The position numbers and the translations under genes were made by a program. A DNA stretch of 64,000 nucleotides from a virus. The notes below the pieces were generated by a model. The model was not told the DNA's origin, searched no databases, and saw nothing but the letters and a program-made list of their open reading frames with translations. Positions within the stretch are counted from its first letter, which is position 1. Each line of letters starts with the position of its first letter. The stretch covers positions 43,861 to 107,860 of the IMG/VR virus record IMGVR_UViG_3300017786_000003; one strand, 5' to 3'. Of the stretch, positions 18,391-31,400 are shown piece after piece.

Positions 18391-19599
18391 TTATTTAAAA
18401 CTGAAATTTAATCCAAATGATGTAAGGAATAATTCACTATCCCACATTTTAGAATACTCACCTTCAACAAATACTCCAAAGTTTTTACTGAGCTTCCAAC
18501 CTAAACTAAGTCCAGCAGAATAATCATCCCACTGTTCTAGATCTGCGTCTTCTCTTAATCCACCTTTACCCCAGTTGTTTCTATTTAGATAAGACACTTC
18601 TTCATCTCCTTTAATATATCTATGGTAAGGTAATATATAGTTTGCATATGCATGAACCCAAAATTTGCTTTCATAATGATAAAAATCCATTCCTACAATT
18701 GGTGCAATCTCACCAAAAGCATCAAGCATATCCCACTGCTCATTATTATAACGGTTCATAAGATCAGTAAATACTGTTTCTCTAAACTCTAAGTCTGTAT
18801 CAGCTACTCTATTTCCTTGAGGATCTACCCAATACCAGTCACTTGTTTGGTTCCCTAGCTCATCTTCTGAAGTATAATATATATCATCATACCCATATTC
18901 AAACCCTAGCTCATACCAATAGTTTACAGGATACTCTTCACCGTTTATAACTTGTGTTTCATTTAACCATATTTCAATTGGATTATATCCATAAGCACGG
19001 TCATGAGTACGGTAGATTGCTCCAGCTGATATACTAAACTTTTCACCTAATGGTAACCTAGCTCTTAACTCTGCTGACTGATAATCAAGATTTATCTTTC
19101 CTACTTCTCTTGATTCAACTTTTACTATGTGATATTTTCCACTATGTTTTAAAAAGAATCTATGATTTTTAAAGTCTTCTCCTCTCCATCTTTCTTTTTC
19201 AAAATGGAATTGATATTCTAATCCTTGTAGTGCAGAAGAAGGTGCAGTAAAAGCAAGCTGTTGTTCTGTGCCATCATACCAGTTTCTTGGCTTTCTTTCA
19301 TAATCAAATCTTGCTAGCTTTCTAATACCAAATCCATATCTATAGTCAAAAGGAAATACTTCCGTATTATCTACTACATCTGGAATAGAATATAAGCCAC
19401 CATCTGGGTTTGTTCTTACAAAATAAGTTTGTTGTCTTGCTTCTATAGAATTTTTTACATCACCGGCACCATATACAGTACCATACTGTAGAAAATCAGA
19501 AACTAAATCCTTTACAAAACTACGTTCTTTAATAGAATCTTGTGCTAGTAATGTAGTGTAAGAGAGCATACATACCAACACTAAAAAATATTTTCTCAT
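18391..19599 (-). CDS. Putative outer-membrane beta-barrel protein
   Basis: Signal peptide ...LLA|QD; alternating amphipathic strands rich in aromatics; C-terminal beta-signal-like SFGLNFSFK. Confidence 0.7.
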   Translation of the reverse strand: MRKYFLVLVCMLSYTTLLAQDSIKERSFVKDLVSDFLQYGTVYGAGDVKNSIEARQQTYFVRTNPDGGLYSIPDVVDNTEVFPFDYRYGFGIRKLARFDYERKPRNWYDGTEQQLAFTAPSSALQGLEYQFHFEKERWRGEDFKNHRFFLKHSGKYHIVKVESREVGKINLDYQSAELRARLPLGEKFSISAGAIYRTHDRAYGYNPIEIWLNETQVINGEEYPVNYWYELGFEYGYDDIYYTSEDELGNQTSDWYWVDPQGNRVADTDLEFRETVFTDLMNRYNNEQWDMLDAFGEIAPIVGMDFYHYESKFWVHAYANYILPYHRYIKGDEEVSYLNRNNWGKGGLREDADLEQWDDYSAGLSLGWKLSKNFGVFVEGEYSKMWDSELFLTSFGLNFSFK

Positions 19600-19670
19600 A
19601 TTTTAAATGTATTATATTAATAAGCTGTGCATTGGTTTGTATACTAATAATATAAGAATTTTTTACTAAA

Positions 19671-22600
19671 TTATTTAATAAAGAAGTCACTATTTTTAAG
19701 ATAGCTATCCCATTTTTGGAATGTATACCAAATAGGAACAACATCTTTCCAATTTTTAGCAAGTTTCAGTTCTCCTTTTCTAGGCTTATTTTGATATACA
19801 TACTCAGAGTTCTCTCTAAATTCTTTATCACTATAATATACATAAGCTATTGGAGTTCTAAAAGATAAAGATAAAGCCTCACCCAGTTCTCCTAATGTTC
19901 TTGTAGCTGCTATAGGTGACTTAAACATTTGATACTGTTGTTTTAATCCAGAAGGATGCGGTGTAAATAATACTAATTCTTTATATGTTCTATCTGCTTG
20001 ATATTTAGCAATATTTTTAAATCTTTTTGTTAGTTCTGAGTCATCATCATCACCAGCTAACATTACTTGCATTAACTCACTAAGTAAAAATACTGATATC
20101 ATAATTCCTATTTCACCTGCAGTTCTGTAGAAACCATATAGTTTGTTCTCTGCTCTCTGATCAATATTACCTCCTTCTCCAGTCCAATCATGATCTTTTA
20201 AAAATCCTTCTTTATAAGTATTAAACTGTAGATTACCTGTTGCTGCTGTTTTTAAAGCATAGTTTATAAACTTCAAAGCGGATATATATCTACCTTCCAT
20301 CCATCCAAGGTTTTCATCAAAGTATTCTCTTTGATATCTTGCTCTAAATGCTGGCATAACCCATTTATGAAACTGTGCTGCTAAGTTACCAAGCGTTGTA
20401 CTTTGAATAACCATTCTATCTTCTTTAGCATAGTTACCATGAATTTGTTTATTAACCTCTCTTATTTTATTTCTTAAGTCATATCTATACTCATCAGTAT
20501 AAGCCACTTCTCTACCACCTTTTTCAACTACAGTATCAAATCCTTCTTTAAGTTCATTCTTATGTGTTTTAGGATTATAGGTAAATGCATCATATAAAGA
20601 GAGTGTCTCACCTGTTGTACTATTTTTAATTGTAGTATCCATCAACATGGCCATACCTACTTTAGTTTGTACATTGTATTCTGCTGCATCCTGAAGAACA
20701 TATCCCCACTCAGCTGCTTTAGCAAACCAACTTTGGCCTGTAGTAGTATCTGCTCCCTGTTCACGTATGTCTGTCATTTTATCCATCATCCTAAACATAT
20801 CTACAAAAGCTTCATATTTACTATTAGCTTTCTCAGGATCATAATCAACTTTACCAACACCTTTAGCTGCACCAAAAGTAGCAACATAACCTAAATCTTT
20901 CATATAATAACTAGTTCTAGAAACAATATCAGGAATAGCTCTTTGATTAAAAACTTTTACAGCTCTTAGATATGATGATCTATTAAAGAATCTTTGACCA
21001 AGCATTTCTATATTATTGTTCACTCTACCAATAACATAGTTGTTAAAGTTACCAAACGGGTTAAAGGCAACATAAGTAAGAGAAGAAACTTGAATTAGCT
21101 TATCTGCTATTTTATCAAACATTCCTTTGGATATTTTGTGGTTATCATAAAAGGTCATAGACATCCACTTCTTAGCTCGTCTAACAGCATTTGCTTCTAA
21201 CTTGTTACTACTTATTTTTTGTCCAACCTTTTTAACAGCACCTTCTACCACACTGAAAGATTCTATATCTGTTTCAGGTGAACCATATTCTCTTTGTTCT
21301 AGTACCTTTACCATAGAATTTAATGTGTCTTCTACAGTACTCATTGTCTCATAGTTTTGAGCCATTGCAATAAACTTTAAAAGACTATCAGTAAGATCTT
21401 TACTAATCTGACCTACAGTTGGAGTAGCTCTTAACCTTGCTATCTTACCATTAAGTTTTTTTAATTCTATATCATACTCACGTGCTCTAATTTTATTTTT
21501 CTTTCTTTTACTTTTTAATTCTGTTCTTTCTGCTTCAAGCTTTTCTAGTTCTCCTTCAACTCTTGCATTACCAGTAAAGTAAATTGGTAAAGTGCTTACC
21601 ACATTACCAAGCTCATCAGTAGTAACACCCTTTTGCTGAGATGTACCTTGAGTAAACATAGAAACATTTTCAACTGTTTCTGCCCACTTTCTAGCTATAA
21701 AGTTCTTTTTGCCTTTTACTTCAGCTAACATTTTTTGTTGAACTACAGGAAGTCTACCAAGCATATTAGTTATATGTCCAGGAGGAAGCTTTTCCAATTG
21801 CTGTTTATAAACTGCAGTCCACATCTCATAATATTCTTTTTGTGCTTGTCCTAGTGCATCTGTAGGATTCATAATCTTAAGATACTCCGGACTTAAAACA
21901 CTTTCACCATCTATTAGTGCATCATCTTTTATCTCTCTATACTCTGTTTTTGGAAAAGCATTGCTACCCTCATTAAATACTGTAGCACCAGTAGGTTGAC
22001 CCTTAAAATATACTGGTCTAAGCTTTTCTTCATTAGGCATAAAGTACTTAGCTTTATATTGGATGTACTCTGCTTCAGAAACAGTGGCTCTTTTTTTCCA
22101 CTTTATAAATCCTATCTCAGTATTTACAATTGCATATTCATGAATATCTCTAGCATCTTTAAACTCTTGAGTATATCTGTGGATATCACCATCTATTATA
22201 TTCCCAGCATCATCAACTTGTTCAGCCTTAAAAAAGTTACCTAAAGCTGCTTTGTCTTCTGCAAGTTGTTTATTATGTTCTAATTCCTCTGGCTTAGCCT
22301 TAAATGTATTAGGTATGTCATAATATAAACGTGGTTTACCATCACTATCAAAAGTCTTTTGTCTTAACTCATGTTGTTTATTTTTATAGTTTGGTCCTAT
22401 CTTTTCTACATATGTACCATCATCCTTAGCCATAAAATTATATATCTTCTGAGGATCAGTTTCTGCAGATAACTTAATTAATTTATCAGCAGCTTGAAGT
22501 ACCATATCTTTTTGAACAGATATTTTATCAAGCATCTTTTGCATAGCTGCTTTATATATCTTGTCCATTATAGCTAATATTACATCAGGAGATGTTGCCA

Positions 22601-25391
22601 TATCTCTAGTTTGATAGTCCATATCAGTAATGTCAGGAGCATAAACTAATAACTCTTCTAAGTCTTCTTCAGTAAATACACTGTTTTCACCACCAAAATC
22701 TCTGTTAGATCTAGCTCTAATCTGTTCTTTTACAAAATTCATAAGTGCATTATCAATAAGTCCTGGCTCACCTTTTAATAGTGCAGATCCTCCAGTAAGT
22801 TTATTAAGTTCAATTTGAATATTAGATATAAGCTTTAGTTGAGAGTTATTTAACTCTCCTGCATCTTTAATACTGTAAAGACCCTCAAAGGTTTTTATAA
22901 ATCTATTAAAGTTTAGAACAGCAGTTATATATTCAACGTCTTGTACATTATTAGGATCTTCTATATATTCTGTAAACTCTTGGATTTGTTTTAATGCATC
23001 ACGTAGTAGGCCTGTATATATAGTAGACCTACCAGCAGATCCTACCTCATCACTAAGTGCATAGGTAATATAAGCTGCCTGAGATGCTAGCTCTTCTAAT
23101 TTTTCTTTCTTAGTACCTTTCATAAAAACTTTACTCTTAATCATCTGTAAAGCTTTTTGTTTATCTATAATACCAATACGGTAATCTCTAAGTGCAGAAA
23201 TAATAGTTTCTGTCTCAGGATTATCAAGTCTGTTTACTTCTTCTCCTGCTGGATCATTTTCTTGTTCAACATCTTTACCTTCAAAGTCTGCTTCAGGTTC
23301 ATTCTTATTTAACTCTGCTTGTCTTTGACGTTCAATAGAGTTATCTACTTTAATTAATTTATTTAAGTTACCTTCTGTTGTATTATCTAAATCATGTTGT
23401 TGCCATGAGTCAAATTCAATCTTACCATTAAACTTTTGATTTTTTCCTTTGCCTGATATATCTGCAGTAAAGTGTAATGTAGATGCTCCATAAGAGCCAT
23501 TATCAACCTTGAACCCCATATTCTCAAGCATTCTTCTATACATGTTTACTTGAAGACTATGTTGAGCTCTTGTAGATAATTTTGATACACCTCTTTGTTT
23601 TAATAGACTATCTGCCTTTAAACTGTTATTAAATTCTTCATCATATAATTTTATTCTTCCTCTACCTTTTGCTTTTTCTGCTAAACTTTTTGGTGAGTTA
23701 GATAACTTACTCAATGAGTTTTTAGAAGTTTTTAAATCTAAAACCATGAACTCTCCATTCTTCTTTAGAATTAATAGATCAGCTGTCCCAGCTATTTCTG
23801 ATGCTGTATCATATAAAATGACTTGAGGTATTAGTATAGAACCTGGTGGTGCAATATATCTTAATGCATCACTCAGACTGGTCCATACTTCAGCAGCTTG
23901 TTCTTGAGTAAGTAAAGTTAATTGAGATACTGCACTAGAGAACGGTTGATCACTTGCTATTGTATTTAATAGAGTATCTACATCATTACCTAAATCTAAA
24001 TTTAGTTGTATTTCTTCTTGGTTTGCAAGTGTACCTTTTATTGCTGTAGTAGCAGATGTCATTTTTTTACCTGTAGTAATATTTCTATACTGGTGATCCT
24101 TTTCATTAAAAGTTATAATAGGTGAAGTTAGCTCTGGGTCATTAAGATTAGCAACTAAAGCATCTTGTTCATAGGTCTCTGGATCCGCAGTCATATGAAA
24201 TAATCTATCAAGAGCTGCTAGTTGTATTTTGTTTCCTGCAGCTTGTTGTTTCAAACTATCTACAACTTTTTGTTTTTCTGGAGTTAATGAAAATCTAATA
24301 CTTCCATCTACTCTAGACTCTAGCTTAAACTGTATACCTTCTGTATTTAAAAGTTTTGCTATATCACTCATAGATGTGTTAGCATTTATATCTGAAACTA
24401 GTATGGGTCTTCCTGTTAAATATTCATTAAGATTATTGATCACAGTTGCTAACCATTGTAAAAATTCTTTAACTCTATTTAAAAAACCTTGTGATGGCCC
24501 GTTCTCATACTCTTTATTAAAGTGTCTAGACAATGCTTGTGTTACAATTTCTAAGTCTCTATCTTTTTGTGAAAAGGATCTTTCTGCACTATTGTAAGAG
24601 TCTTGTATCTCTTGACTAAGTTCAGGAAAAGTTCTTATTGATTCAATCAACAAGTTATCAAATAACTCAGGATTATCTACAGCTATGGCATCTATAAAAG
24701 GATGAAGCATTTCTTCTATAGCCATTTCATCTGTTATTCTCCCTTTGATTAGGTAAGCTACTCCATCAACATAAAATGAATTTACTTTGTTGAATGGTGT
24801 ATTTTTTTTCTTCCAGTCAGGCATTGAGTCAAATAAAGCAGACGCTTCTGATACAGACAGCATTTGTATATTAACTTGGGGAAACATTCTTTTAAGGTGC
24901 ATTACAACGGCTCTAGCTCTTGGTGTATCCCATGATCTTGACTCTGGTAATATATCTTTTTCACTAAATAAGTTTTCATTTACAACTACTCTAAATGTTT
25001 TAGGAGTTCTTTCTAATGATACTCTATCAGCAGGTATGTTATTAATCTGCAAATATCTTTGTAATCTTATTCTATTAGTATTTAAAGTGGATTCATCATA
25101 CTCTCTTGTATTGGCATTAGAATTATTTATATAGTAATTGTTTTGGTATTGATGTATTATTCTTTCTCTACGTAAATTATTTAACAGACTTTCTTTAAAG
25201 CTTCTTTTTTTCAAATTAAAGGCTAAACTTTTGTTCCTTAAATAATCAGCCGCTTCTACAACTGTAGGAAAAGTATCTACATTGTTAGCATCTTGCCATG
25301 CATTTATAATATTATTAGTCTGCAACTCTGTTTTATAAACTGATTGTAGTACTTTATACTCTGCTGTATTTTTATTTGGACATCTAGCCAT
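19671..25391 (-). CDS. Large virion cargo protein with degenerate zincin-like and PD-(D/E)xK nuclease domains
   Basis: IEEMLHPF; IAGTADLL...VLDLKTS...QVNMY; directly downstream of the RNAP gene. Confidence 0.8.
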   Translation of the reverse strand: MARCPNKNTAEYKVLQSVYKTELQTNNIINAWQDANNVDTFPTVVEAADYLRNKSLAFNLKKRSFKESLLNNLRRERIIHQYQNNYYINNSNANTREYDESTLNTNRIRLQRYLQINNIPADRVSLERTPKTFRVVVNENLFSEKDILPESRSWDTPRARAVVMHLKRMFPQVNIQMLSVSEASALFDSMPDWKKKNTPFNKVNSFYVDGVAYLIKGRITDEMAIEEMLHPFIDAIAVDNPELFDNLLIESIRTFPELSQEIQDSYNSAERSFSQKDRDLEIVTQALSRHFNKEYENGPSQGFLNRVKEFLQWLATVINNLNEYLTGRPILVSDINANTSMSDIAKLLNTEGIQFKLESRVDGSIRFSLTPEKQKVVDSLKQQAAGNKIQLAALDRLFHMTADPETYEQDALVANLNDPELTSPIITFNEKDHQYRNITTGKKMTSATTAIKGTLANQEEIQLNLDLGNDVDTLLNTIASDQPFSSAVSQLTLLTQEQAAEVWTSLSDALRYIAPPGSILIPQVILYDTASEIAGTADLLILKKNGEFMVLDLKTSKNSLSKLSNSPKSLAEKAKGRGRIKLYDEEFNNSLKADSLLKQRGVSKLSTRAQHSLQVNMYRRMLENMGFKVDNGSYGASTLHFTADISGKGKNQKFNGKIEFDSWQQHDLDNTTEGNLNKLIKVDNSIERQRQAELNKNEPEADFEGKDVEQENDPAGEEVNRLDNPETETIISALRDYRIGIIDKQKALQMIKSKVFMKGTKKEKLEELASQAAYITYALSDEVGSAGRSTIYTGLLRDALKQIQEFTEYIEDPNNVQDVEYITAVLNFNRFIKTFEGLYSIKDAGELNNSQLKLISNIQIELNKLTGGSALLKGEPGLIDNALMNFVKEQIRARSNRDFGGENSVFTEEDLEELLVYAPDITDMDYQTRDMATSPDVILAIMDKIYKAAMQKMLDKISVQKDMVLQAADKLIKLSAETDPQKIYNFMAKDDGTYVEKIGPNYKNKQHELRQKTFDSDGKPRLYYDIPNTFKAKPEELEHNKQLAEDKAALGNFFKAEQVDDAGNIIDGDIHRYTQEFKDARDIHEYAIVNTEIGFIKWKKRATVSEAEYIQYKAKYFMPNEEKLRPVYFKGQPTGATVFNEGSNAFPKTEYREIKDDALIDGESVLSPEYLKIMNPTDALGQAQKEYYEMWTAVYKQQLEKLPPGHITNMLGRLPVVQQKMLAEVKGKKNFIARKWAETVENVSMFTQGTSQQKGVTTDELGNVVSTLPIYFTGNARVEGELEKLEAERTELKSKRKKNKIRAREYDIELKKLNGKIARLRATPTVGQISKDLTDSLLKFIAMAQNYETMSTVEDTLNSMVKVLEQREYGSPETDIESFSVVEGAVKKVGQKISSNKLEANAVRRAKKWMSMTFYDNHKISKGMFDKIADKLIQVSSLTYVAFNPFGNFNNYVIGRVNNNIEMLGQRFFNRSSYLRAVKVFNQRAIPDIVSRTSYYMKDLGYVATFGAAKGVGKVDYDPEKANSKYEAFVDMFRMMDKMTDIREQGADTTTGQSWFAKAAEWGYVLQDAAEYNVQTKVGMAMLMDTTIKNSTTGETLSLYDAFTYNPKTHKNELKEGFDTVVEKGGREVAYTDEYRYDLRNKIREVNKQIHGNYAKEDRMVIQSTTLGNLAAQFHKWVMPAFRARYQREYFDENLGWMEGRYISALKFINYALKTAATGNLQFNTYKEGFLKDHDWTGEGGNIDQRAENKLYGFYRTAGEIGIMISVFLLSELMQVMLAGDDDDSELTKRFKNIAKYQADRTYKELVLFTPHPSGLKQQYQMFKSPIAATRTLGELGEALSLSFRTPIAYVYYSDKEFRENSEYVYQNKPRKGELKLAKNWKDVVPIWYTFQKWDSYLKNSDFFIK

Positions 25392-25402
25392 ATCTTAATC
25401 TA

Positions 25403-28400
25403 TTAATTTAATCCTAAACATTTTAAATGTTCTTTGAACTCTTCTTCTGTAAGGTTCACATTAATCTTTCTCATTTCTTCATATTGTTCTATCATAGAGT
25501 CTAATGGGAAAAGTTTCTCTTGTTGCAAGATAGGAATATTATTTTTGTTTTCTAATAACCTATCATACTCATTTGCTATATCAGGATACTGTTCTTCAAC
25601 TTCTTCTTCAAACTGAAACTCCATTTGTTCATAAACTATATTATCTAAATTACCAGGATCAGATGGAATATACTCTTCTTCCATAGCTTTAAGGACAAGA
25701 GCCTCACGTTCATCATTATCCATAACTTCTTGATTATCAAATAATTGTTGTTGTATTTCTTGTGTATCAGCAATATTAACAGGTGTAGATTCAGGTCCAG
25801 CAGCTTGAACTGTTACAGACCTTTCTGTAGCTTCAACAATACTGCTTTCAGTTTTTATTGCTTCTTCAACTGGATCAAAAGCTATATCTGTTGTTTGAAC
25901 AGGTGCATCTATTTGATTTTCTTCAGAATAATTCTGAGCATTTTTTCTATCTATAAAATTATTATTTTCTGATAGTGTTGGTCTATCTCCAAATATAAAT
26001 CCAATAGGAGTTTGTTGCTTAGATCCCATAGGTTGAACTCTTTTATATACAACCTCCTTTTTAGATGCAAGATCACGTGTAAATAAAAAGTAATCTATAT
26101 TTCCAAATTCATTTATATTACCTAATCTTACAAAAGCAAAACTTTTTTCCTGATTTTCTTCTGTATTAAATACTAAATTTCCATCTTTAAATGAGTATCC
26201 TTCTGGCAGGCTTCTTCTTTCCTGTGCTGGACCACCTTGATATATTGTTTTAACATATTCTTGAGAAGAAGTAGATAACAAATAATTGTCTAATAATGTT
26301 TTTTCTAAGTCAGCCTGTGATAAACCAAAAACAGACTCAAATGTAGCTTTTCCATTTAAAGCCTTTTGCACATTGTTTACTTGATTCAAATAAGTATTTA
26401 AGGTATACGGACTAATTGCTTCTAATAAACTTGCATAACCTAATTCTAAACCATCCTTAACCATTATGTAATTAATAATAGCTTCAGCAGACTTGCGTGT
26501 TTCAATTGTATTATATAACTGAGCAAAGCTGGTTTGTAGATCTATTTTTTGTGAAGATGAAAGATTTCTAAATGTATTAGCTTGTGCTAAATTCATTCCT
26601 GTTTTATTATTTGAGTTATCTGCAGACAGTAAAAGCACAAAGTTTTGTAAAAAGAAATTATCTGCTAGACTTTCTCTTTTTTGTAAATCTTGTACAACTG
26701 AAATAATAGACTGAACTGATTGTCCATCTATTACTGGTTGAGGATAAACAAAACTATTAGATAATGTTGCGGCTAGTTGACCATCTGTTTGTAAAGCATT
26801 ATGTAAATAAGCTTGCAGTGTCAAATAAGATACAATATTCAATGAGATATCATTTTGTATTTTAGTTATCTCTGGAGTTACTGGTATATCCATCCCATCT
26901 AAGAGTTTGGTGTACATACCTACAAAAGGCTTTGTAGAAGATATAAAGACTTCAGGAAGTAAAACATCTGTTAGCTGATTAACTATATTTACATATGTAC
27001 CCCTCCATGTATCATTATATAAATCACTTACGGAAATTAATCCCTGGGTTTTAAGTTCTTGAATTGTTCTTTTTAAGTTATTTAGTTCTACTATGCTACT
27101 AGGTAATCCTTTAGTAAGGCTTGTTATCGCACCCATTTTACTAGTAACTTCAACCAAACCAGAAATCTTAATTAGTTCTTCTAAAGCAGACTTTGTAACA
27201 TCTTGACTATCCACTAGGTTACCATCAATAAAATCATACATCAACTCTTTAGTTAACTTAGTAGATTTTATAGATTTATATTCGTCTGACCTTAATATCT
27301 TTTCTGCATAAGTTGTAAGCTTTATTCCTGAATCTACTCTTGCATTAAAAGCATCTTGAATTACTGGAAGATTAATAAATAAAGTAGCTACTTCTAAAGG
27401 TACTCCTAATGCAATCATGTTAGCCATTACACTCATTGCTGGTTTACTTAAACCAAGTTTAGATATATAACGGTCTTTAGCATTATCTACTGCAATAGAT
27501 ATTAAAGCAGAAAGTGTATCCTGCTTTCTTTGGAGACCACCTACTTCAGTTGACTCAGCAAAACTATCATACTTAATACCATCTAATTCAAAGGCTCCAT
27601 TTACAAGCTTGTTACTTTTGAGCCAGAAGTCCCAATCTAGTTTCTTTTTACTTTCAGTTAATAAACTCAAATATAAATTAGGTAATACCACTGCACCAAT
27701 AGATGCACCTTTATTAGATTTAAATGCTTTTGTCTTTCCTAGTAAATTATCTACATCAACATTATCTTCTTGTAATCTATCACTAAATACCTGAGATTTT
27801 CCTGCTAACACATCTAATGTAGTTTTTACAATATTGTCATTTGCTGGAGAATAAGCTATAGGTATTCCTGTGCTTGATTCTGTCATACCTCTGTTACCTA
27901 CTAAAGCATATCTATAATCTAATACTTCATTATTATAAGGAGCTTCATATGGAAAACCATGATCTTCTTTATATTTTGCGTACTGTGCTTTAGTTACAGG
28001 TAAACCTAACATCATTAATGCTTTTCTACTTTCTTCACTAACAGGACCATCCGGAATAGTTACTAAATCTACTTCAGCATCACTAAGTTGGTGTTCTGGT
28101 TTTACAGCATTATCTTTATATTGCTCTAAAGATTCAGAATAAATAGTTCCTGGCTTAGTAACTTTTTCATTTACATAATTAATATATGCATTATACTCTT
28201 CAGTTAAAGAAGCCTCTTTACCATATTCTACAAATTGACCATCTTTAATATAGTACTCTTTCATCAATGCAAATACTTTATCTATGTCAAAATCAGCACC
28301 AGAAGTTTCTATTAGTTCTTGAGCAAACATTGCTGAAGACCCATAATAGACAGGCATAAAGTCTACTAATTTCATATTTACAGAAGAGTGTTTATCCTGA

Positions 28401-31400
28401 GAAGGTATTCTCACACCAAAAAACTTAGATATAACACTTGGCATTGATGCATCAACTTTATCTTCTATCATTTCCATAACATCTTTGTCATGTGCTGGCA
28501 TCATAAACTCAGTATATCTTTGTCCAGTCAAACTTTCTGGGTCTTTAGGATCAGTATACTCCATTAATCCAGATCTTAATCTGTCTAGAATAACTACACC
28601 GTCTTTGCCTGGATCTACACCTAACCAACTCTGTGGTTTATTTGAGTCAGTATCATTTGTTGACTCAAATATTTCTGGTTTTGTAGACATAGCTTCCCAT
28701 TGCTTTTGTCTTATTATTTCTGATCTTAATGGCAAACCGTTTTCATCAAACTCATACACACGTCTATATACTTTATTACCATAATCAGATACCAGATTTA
28801 CAGTAACACCAGGAACACGTTCTGCTAATACACCTCTACTAAAGTATGACATGAATAATGATTCTGCTTTTCTTACAGAAATAGCATTATTTAAATTGTA
28901 AGATATACCAGCATCATCAGCAAAAAATTCTAATAGATTAGATGAAGCTTGAGATGCTTTTAGACCAGCTGTTGCATACCTTAAAAATGCTGCTAACTTT
29001 GGAGTAATAACATTATCCTTTTTAGATAAAGTAAACTCATCCATTGCAGTTTGAAAATCAAAGACTAAGTTTCTTCTATTCTTATATTTAAATAATACTC
29101 TATTAGATAATGCATCACTGTATGCTTTTCTAACATCCGCAATGGTCATAGTAGTACCATCAGGATTTTTTAATCCTTCAACTTTGACTGAGTCATCTTG
29201 TTCAGAAGTAACTAATTCTTTTATCTGAGACATGTCTACTATGTCCATTTTATTAGATGGACTTACAACTTGAAGACCCATATATCTTGCATCTAAATCA
29301 GTAAACTGTTCAGATTTTAATTCTGTTTCATTATTAAATTCAGATATATCAACAACATTCCTTTTTTCCATTTTCACAGCAGACACAGGAGCAGCAATAG
29401 ATATTGTTTGTTCTCTTGCCTCTTGTGCTTCCATCTTAACTCTAAGATTATGTAACTCTACTCTGTTAGGTTTTGCAACCCAAACACCTTTATCAGCATT
29501 CCAATCAGAAGTATAATCTTTGGTTAGTACAAAAGCAGACATCTTTAGATATGTTTTACCATCTCCATAAACTAATTTCTTAGAATTAATTAATGCTTGT
29601 GCTTTAGCTAAACCGGCTTTATTATCATAACCAAAGACTCTATTTCCAGTTATTGGCTCAAGACCTACATCTAAATGATCAAGCAGTTCAACTTGTTCAG
29701 GTTTTAAAAGACCCATACCAAACCATAAATATCTAAACGCTTTAGTAGTCATATACATTTGAGCATCTGCCTTATCAATTGAAGCGTTAGAGAAAGAAGA
29801 TACACCTTGTGGCTCAGTAAAGCTTATTAATGATATTTTTTCTACGCTGTGTAGTACCCCTTGATCAGGTGATGGAAATGCACTATAAGCATTATAATAA
29901 GATGCATTTTGCATTTTGGCTCTCTTTATCTTATCAACAGGATCCTTTAATGATGTTGCTTGATCTCCTAGTAATATCTCATTTATACTGAATGTATTTA
30001 TATAATCATTAACAAAAATCTGTTTTAGATTATAATCAAAGTTATCTGTAAGATTTAATAGTTCATTAGATCTTTGCAAATCTGGTGTACTAAATCCTTG
30101 AGCTCTTACTAAACCTTGCTTGACCTTCTTAGAAATTAAGTCTGATGCATTTTCTGATTCTATTACCTCTTTAAACTCTGTAACTTGGTTTTCAAGATTA
30201 TCAACAACAACCTTTCTTAATGCTGTCATTCCTGCTGCATTTTCTAATGCTTGATCAAGAGTTATAGTATTACCTTGTTCACCTTGTAGTTTAGCAATAG
30301 ATATAAGTTTATTTTTTAGTTCTTCAGATAATAAAACTCCTGTATTAAAAAATGTATATGCTCTACCACCTTCTGTATTATAACCTCCTACTGTATCTTT
30401 GGTTGCAGTATCTGGGTTAAATTCTCTGTTAATCCTTGCAAACTCATTTCTGATATTATTAACTATAATGTCTACAGCTTCTTCAGTAAGTTTAACTTCA
30501 TTCCCAACAAGCTCAACAGCTTTAATTACAGGTAAGTCAATTTGATCTCCTGTATTAGATGCTTCCATTACTCTAATGAGCACGGATGCAATAGCACGCT
30601 CTTGAGTATTACCTTCTTCATCAAGGTATTCTACTGTACTAACTTTACCACTTTTAGTATTAACGTTTGCAGTATAGTTATTTAATAAAGTTGATAAAAA
30701 CTGTCTAGGACTAAAGTCACCATAAGTATCAGTACCTAATACATTACCTGAAATATCTTCTCCTGTTATTCTATCTTTTTGTTTAAGACCTGCTACTCTA
30801 AGAACTTTTAGTCTATTAGTAAGAGAAAGTTTTAAGAACGCAGGATCATTTAATAAATAATTATTTTCTAAAGCAGGATCCTCAAGTTTTCTTTGTATGT
30901 TATTTGGATCATTAAGTTCTGCTATTGATGTTAAATGATATGTACCATTTTGATGTGCATAAACCAAATCACCATTAGCATTTCTAAATACAGAAGCACC
31001 TATTGTCTCATCAAACATAGCATTACTTTCTGCCATAGCTCTAAGTCTACTATTCATGCCCATTTCACCTGTATCAAATATGTCTTGATTTCTTTGAATT
31101 TGTCTAGACATTTGCTCTATATCTTCAAGTACCAGTCTTTGTCCATTAGGATTTAAATTTAATAATGCAATCTGAGATGGTTTCAAAGCATCAGTAGACT
31201 TAGCTGCAATAAAATTATATTTTAAATAAAGCGGACTAAATCTAATACCTACATACTGATATATTTGTTCAGATAGCTCTTTTGCTTTGTTACTTAATAC
31301 CTCATCTGTTTCTGTTTCACTATTCAATGATATAGCATCATACAAATCTTGTATTGCATCAACAGCTTGATTTTTTCTTTTCTTATCAGATATAAGTTTT

